From a virus (taxonomy: Duplodnaviria > Caudoviricetes): a stretch of 36,937 nucleotides of DNA. Numbering within the stretch: the stretch's first letter is position 1; every line of letters begins with the position of its first letter. This document shows, one piece after another, positions 33,003 through 36,937 of the stretch. The position numbers and the translations under genes were made by a program. Where the stretch lies: the IMG/VR virus record IMGVR_UViG_3300005326_000738, positions 1 through 36,937 of that record, one strand, 5' to 3'. The notes beneath the pieces are model-generated. The model searched no databases. It had not been told where the DNA came from and was given only the letters and a program-made list of their open reading frames with translations.

Positions 33003-34072
33003 TGGGTAATGCCCGCTTCTTATATGATAACCGGATCACTTCCGAATCAATGATTTCCGTATCATCTTTACGCACCGGCATGGTCACAGGCGCTATAAAA
33101 AGAGGTACCGGGTCAGCCGTTCTTAATCCATCAGGTAATTATACAGAAACAACAGATAAAGAATACATAATAGAAATAGACTCCATTGCTGCAGGAGCAG
33201 AAGTAGGACAGGCAACATTCAAATGGTCGGCCGGGGGAGGGGGATGGAACGCTTCAGGTGTGATCACATCAGCCACAAATATTACATTAAATAACGGAGT
33301 AACCATTAACTGGTCATCGGGCAGCGGGGATGATTTTGTTGTGGGGGACCGCTGGTATCTTAAGGGCATAAACCTTTTCAATGCAGGCAGAATGATCGAC
33401 CTTGACAGGGATAACAGATACAGATCAGCGGCGCTGGAGTCACCCAATACCATAACAATAGACAAACTATCAGCCCAGGAAGAAAAGGCGCTTGTGATCT
33501 TCGACCATAACCTCACTTCCGGGGCTACTATAGCTCTCAAAGAAAACACTGCCAATGCATGGAGCACACCGGCATTCTCGGAAGGAGTTACCTGGAACTT
33601 AGAAAAAATGCTCCATTATTTATCGGCTGCACAGACGTACAGGTATGACCAGATACAGATCACGGACCCTTCCAACCCTGACGGATACATAGAAATCAGT
33701 GAGCTGTTCCTTGGTTCATATCTGGAGTTGTCAAAGAATTTCGATAACGGATATTCCCGGCAGATCAACTTTCTTATGGATAAAAATACAACTCCCTATG
33801 GAGTGGGGAAGAAAAGGTTCTATAACCAGCAGAGCGTCTTTACCTTCGATTTCAATGACATGCCTGCGGCTGATGTCACGAGCATGATAACGCTGATAAA
33901 TGCGGTTTCAAACAGGGATACAGGGTTATTTAATCCTTTCTGGTTCAATCCTGATTCCGATGTCCCGAACGAATTTTACCTTGTGGAAATCACTTCCCTG
34001 CCGGTAAATCATTCGAAGCTCAGTTATTTCAACATGCCCCTTGAGCTTACCGAGGTTGTAACAAGTGTATAG
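33002..34072 (+). CDS. Tail tip / distal tail protein
   Basis: TGATG coupling to the tape measure; DGYIEISELFLG and PFWF patterns. Confidence 0.7.
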   Translation: MGNARFLYDNRITSESMISVSSLRTGMVTGAIKRGTGSAVLNPSGNYTETTDKEYIIEIDSIAAGAEVGQATFKWSAGGGGWNASGVITSATNITLNNGVTINWSSGSGDDFVVGDRWYLKGINLFNAGRMIDLDRDNRYRSAALESPNTITIDKLSAQEEKALVIFDHNLTSGATIALKENTANAWSTPAFSEGVTWNLEKMLHYLSAAQTYRYDQIQITDPSNPDGYIEISELFLGSYLELSKNFDNGYSRQINFLMDKNTTPYGVGKKRFYNQQSVFTFDFNDMPAADVTSMITLINAVSNRDTGLFNPFWFNPDSDVPNEFYLVEITSLPVNHSKLSYFNMPLELTEVVTSV

Positions 34073-34568
34073 ACTGCCTATAACATTTCACAATCACCTG
34101 AAGCTGGGAGAGACACCGGTTATATACCTGGTGGTGCATACTCATCTGGGCTACCGGATTTATGCGAAAAAGGAACTGAAAGGCGTCTTTGCCACACAGG
34201 GGACGCTGGGGGACGGCACAGCCCTTGGAAACGGAACTGTTTTAGGCGGAGATGATATCATCACAGGGCTTGAAAAATCAGCCAGGGTCATATCATTCGG
34301 GAGTTTCGAGCGGACATTGACCCCTAAGCAGTCGGACATTCTGGCATCATACGGCGGCAAGCAGTTGCAGCATACAAGCATGGAGATGGATAATGCCGAC
34401 AGGTATTTTTCAAGACTTATTGCAAAGGAGCCTTTTATCGGAAGGCCCGTGTCGATATATGCCGGATTCGAAGCTGATCTCCAATCCGAGCATATAAAGT
34501 TTTTTACCGGCATTATATCCGAATTGTCGGTGCTGTCTTTGATGACGATCGAGGCTGATGAAAGATGA
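34065..34568 (+). CDS. Tail tip protein
   Basis: MDNAD.YF...V.IY.GF...FTG.I pattern; GDGT repeats. Confidence 0.65.
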   Translation: MYRLPITFHNHLKLGETPVIYLVVHTHLGYRIYAKKELKGVFATQGTLGDGTALGNGTVLGGDDIITGLEKSARVISFGSFERTLTPKQSDILASYGGKQLQHTSMEMDNADRYFSRLIAKEPFIGRPVSIYAGFEADLQSEHIKFFTGIISELSVLSLMTIEADER

Positions 34569-35767
34569 GTTATCTATCCGACACTTTCTATCTGAACCGT
34601 GCAGGCCGTTATTCCTCGCCGCTGAATTCTAATGATAGATTGCCGCTGATATATGGAGATCTTACTGACGGCTCAATGGGAATATGGACTCTGCCCTGCA
34701 TCAATACCTCGGCATATGTCTATTGTTTCGCCGGTCATGAGGTTATAAGCGCAGCCAATGGAAACAGCATAAGTATCTATGCCGATGGAGTTCTTGTCAG
34801 TCCTGCAAATTATACTTTTAATGCCTGCAACAACTATGGGTCGCTCGGCAATATAGCCACCGTTACATTCACAAGCGATCAGGGAATATCCGCCATAACA
34901 GCAAGAGGCAAAGGCAAGCCGACGACAAGCGGAGGCTCAACGTTAATGGATAACATCGTAGACATCGTTAACGATTTCCTGACTGTTGAAAATGATTTTT
35001 CCGGATCGCTCTTTGAATCTACACTGGAAGCTTTGGCCTCGCAGGTATTCTCCTCACAGGGATACGAAGCAGCCGGAGTTATCCCGGAGGATGCAAAAAT
35101 ATGGGATATCATAACAGAAATGATGGCATCATTTCTCGGCAGCGCATTCTTAAACGGCTCAGGCGAGCTTGTTCTCGATATAGATAACGGCTTCATCTCA
35201 CAGTACAGCGCATCTGTCATACGCAAGTCAGGTACAACTCTGGTCGACGCAGAACAACGTCTTGTAAATATTATCAATCAATGCCCGTGCCACTATGCAT
35301 ACAATTATGCCGCAGGGGAGTTCAAAAGGGAAACAGATGACAGCTCCCATACAGATACAGCTTCTCAGGGCATATATGGTGTAAGGAAGCCTGATTCTCC
35401 TTATCAGTTCTACTGGTGCAGGGATCTTACAAGCGTACAAAAGATACAGGATATTATTGTAGCTAAATTCAGGAATCCTCTTTATGAGATCGAGATTGAG
35501 AATAATTCTTTGAAGTATGTCGAACTCGATCAGGGGGATATATTCATTTATTCGGTTGATTCACTTTATGACGAGAATGGAGATGAACTGCTGAACCATT
35601 ACTGGAAAATAATTTCCGTAAGCCCTGATTTTCAGGCAGGTAAGATAAAATTCCGCGCCCTGCAGACAAACTATTATTTATCTGCACCCACCGCTTTCGG
35701 AGATGGAACTATACTGGGAGACGGCACTGTCATGGGCGGGGGTGCGAGAGTAGCAACAATATATTAA
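34565..35767 (+). CDS. Tail hub-like protein
   Basis: LPLIYGD, SQGIYG and LDQGDIF motifs; position in tail tip cluster. Confidence 0.7.
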   Translation: MSYLSDTFYLNRAGRYSSPLNSNDRLPLIYGDLTDGSMGIWTLPCINTSAYVYCFAGHEVISAANGNSISIYADGVLVSPANYTFNACNNYGSLGNIATVTFTSDQGISAITARGKGKPTTSGGSTLMDNIVDIVNDFLTVENDFSGSLFESTLEALASQVFSSQGYEAAGVIPEDAKIWDIITEMMASFLGSAFLNGSGELVLDIDNGFISQYSASVIRKSGTTLVDAEQRLVNIINQCPCHYAYNYAAGEFKRETDDSSHTDTASQGIYGVRKPDSPYQFYWCRDLTSVQKIQDIIVAKFRNPLYEIEIENNSLKYVELDQGDIFIYSVDSLYDENGDELLNHYWKIISVSPDFQAGKIKFRALQTNYYLSAPTAFGDGTILGDGTVMGGGARVATIY

Positions 35768-35778
35768 CGGAGGTGCAT

Positions 35779-36372
35779 ATGGCTGATCTTACTTATAAAT
35801 CAAACGAATATGTGGTGGGTTCGGGACATGCGACACTTGAGGATACAATAAACCGCCTTGCGCTTGTGGAACACAATACAGACGGGACGCACAAAATAGA
35901 CATCGGGATATTGCCACCAGGCGCGCCGCTCGACTGGCCCACGGAAACCGTTCCTGACGGTTTCCTGGAACGTGACGGATCATCCTTGTCAAGAACAACA
36001 TACGCAAATTTATATGCCGAAATTGGGACTTTGTATGGGGCAGTTGATGCAAATCATTTTAATCTCATGGATGACAGGGGTAAATTCCCGCGTTACTGGG
36101 ATCATGGCAAAGGCGTTGACCCGGACGCTGCAACAAGGACAGCCGTAACGACTACCGGCGCCACTATGAGTGCCGGGGATCATGTCGGTACCACGCAGGC
36201 GGATGAAATTAAATCCCATGCACATAATCATTATATCCCTGAGGGTGTAGGAGGTACAAGAGTTGTCAATCCGTCTGGTACATCAAGCCAGACACTGATC
36301 ACATCAAACAGTACCGGTGGAAATGAGACAAGATCTATCAACTACTATGTAATGCCATTAATAAAATACTAA
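35779..36372 (+). CDS. Short tail fibre with tail-collar domain
   Basis: PPGA...VPDGFLERDGSSLSRTTYANLYAEIGTLYG...FNLMDDRGKF; SHAH; ETRSIN....LIKY. Confidence 0.9.
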   Translation: MADLTYKSNEYVVGSGHATLEDTINRLALVEHNTDGTHKIDIGILPPGAPLDWPTETVPDGFLERDGSSLSRTTYANLYAEIGTLYGAVDANHFNLMDDRGKFPRYWDHGKGVDPDAATRTAVTTTGATMSAGDHVGTTQADEIKSHAHNHYIPEGVGGTRVVNPSGTSSQTLITSNSTGGNETRSINYYVMPLIKY

Positions 36373-36388
36373 TAATAAGGAGGGTGTC

Positions 36389-36937
36389 ATGCAGATATAT
36401 CATTATAAAGGGGATACAGGCGAGTATATCAGCACATCAGAGGCAAGACTGGACCCGCTGGAGACAAAAATGCAGGAAAAGGACGTGTACCTCATACCGG
36501 CCCATGCAACGATTCAGGAGCCGCCGCAGGCGGGAGATAATGAAGCCGCTGTATTTGCAGCCGGTGCGTGGCAAATTGTCCCGGATCATCGTCGTGCAAC
36601 ATATTGGAAACAAGATGGTACACGATACACAATCGAAACTTTGGGCGTTGCACCTGCGGAAACCGATCTCGATTATGATCCAAGGTTGTCTGTGTACCAT
36701 GATTACTCCGATGGCGAATGGATATTGAACCGTGCCAGGTGGCTCGATACGGAGATCAGGCCGCAACGTGATAGGATGCTGAATAATGTTGATACAACCT
36801 ATTGCAACGCAGATAAGTGGGAAAATATGACAGGGGCACAGAAACAAGCCTGGCGTGAACACAAACAAGCCCTGCGCGATCTTCCCGCAACAATAGACTA
36901 TGCAAACCCGGTGTGGCCTACTATGCCGGAGAAATAA
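36389..36937 (+). CDS. Tail fibre assembly chaperone
   Basis: IYHY...TGEY...IPAHAT..EPP...WQIVPDHR plus C-terminal RDRML...W...QALRDLP...WP. Confidence 0.88.
   Translation: MQIYHYKGDTGEYISTSEARLDPLETKMQEKDVYLIPAHATIQEPPQAGDNEAAVFAAGAWQIVPDHRRATYWKQDGTRYTIETLGVAPAETDLDYDPRLSVYHDYSDGEWILNRARWLDTEIRPQRDRMLNNVDTTYCNADKWENMTGAQKQAWREHKQALRDLPATIDYANPVWPTMPEK

Larger units (their letters stand above)
1..36937 (+). mobile_element. Mu-like transposable prophage with non-contractile tail (ends not visible)
   Basis: Repressor/Ner switch, DDE transposase plus AAA ATPase, Gam, GemA, Mor, then lysis, terminase, portal, head and tail genes in Mu-like order. No integrase and no tail sheath gene. Confidence 0.95.

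Noticed and set aside
3830-36868. Many minus-strand and alternative-frame ORFs in the track
   Set aside because: They lie within well-supported + strand genes and show no recognisable motifs.
35779-36937. Diversity-generating retroelement or invertible fibre cassette
   Set aside because: No reverse transcriptase, template repeat, invertase or inverted fibre copy in the window; such genes could lie beyond the right edge.
1-36937. Prophage termini, tRNA or rRNA genes
   Set aside because: The window begins and ends at stop codons, so no ends or target duplication are visible; no tRNA or rRNA-like sequence was recognised.

Overview
The whole window is a near-complete transposable (Mu-like, B3/BcepMu-type transposase and ATPase) prophage of a probably diderm bacterium. 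The window starts and ends at stop codons, so the TG...CA ends are not visible. Left to right: leftward lysogeny cargo (lipoprotein, Cys-rich protein, CI-like repressor); a divergent switch with operator repeats; an early operon (Ner-like, CII-like, IclR-type HTH, DDE transposase, AAA+ ATPase, Gam-like, DUF5131, GemA, Mor); an AT-rich two-gene insert resembling RexAB/DUF4747+4TM defence systems; an activator-type late promoter; lysis, terminase, portal and gpF-like genes; a protease-scaffold-capsid fusion; and a non-contractile tail with a -1 frameshifted chaperone, tape measure, tail-tip genes, a collar-domain fibre and a fibre chaperone. The most striking feature lies directly after the major capsid gene, in the usual decoration-protein slot: a Ser/Thr-rich beta protein with a Sec signal peptide, translationally coupled to a WaaL/PglL-family membrane oligosaccharyltransferase. 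This suggests a phage-encoded periplasmic protein-glycosylation module, possibly coating the virion with host glycan (hypothesis). A family of 18-20 bp hairpin+ACAGG elements is also scattered through the genome. All family assignments come from motif recognition and gene order by eye; no searches were run.
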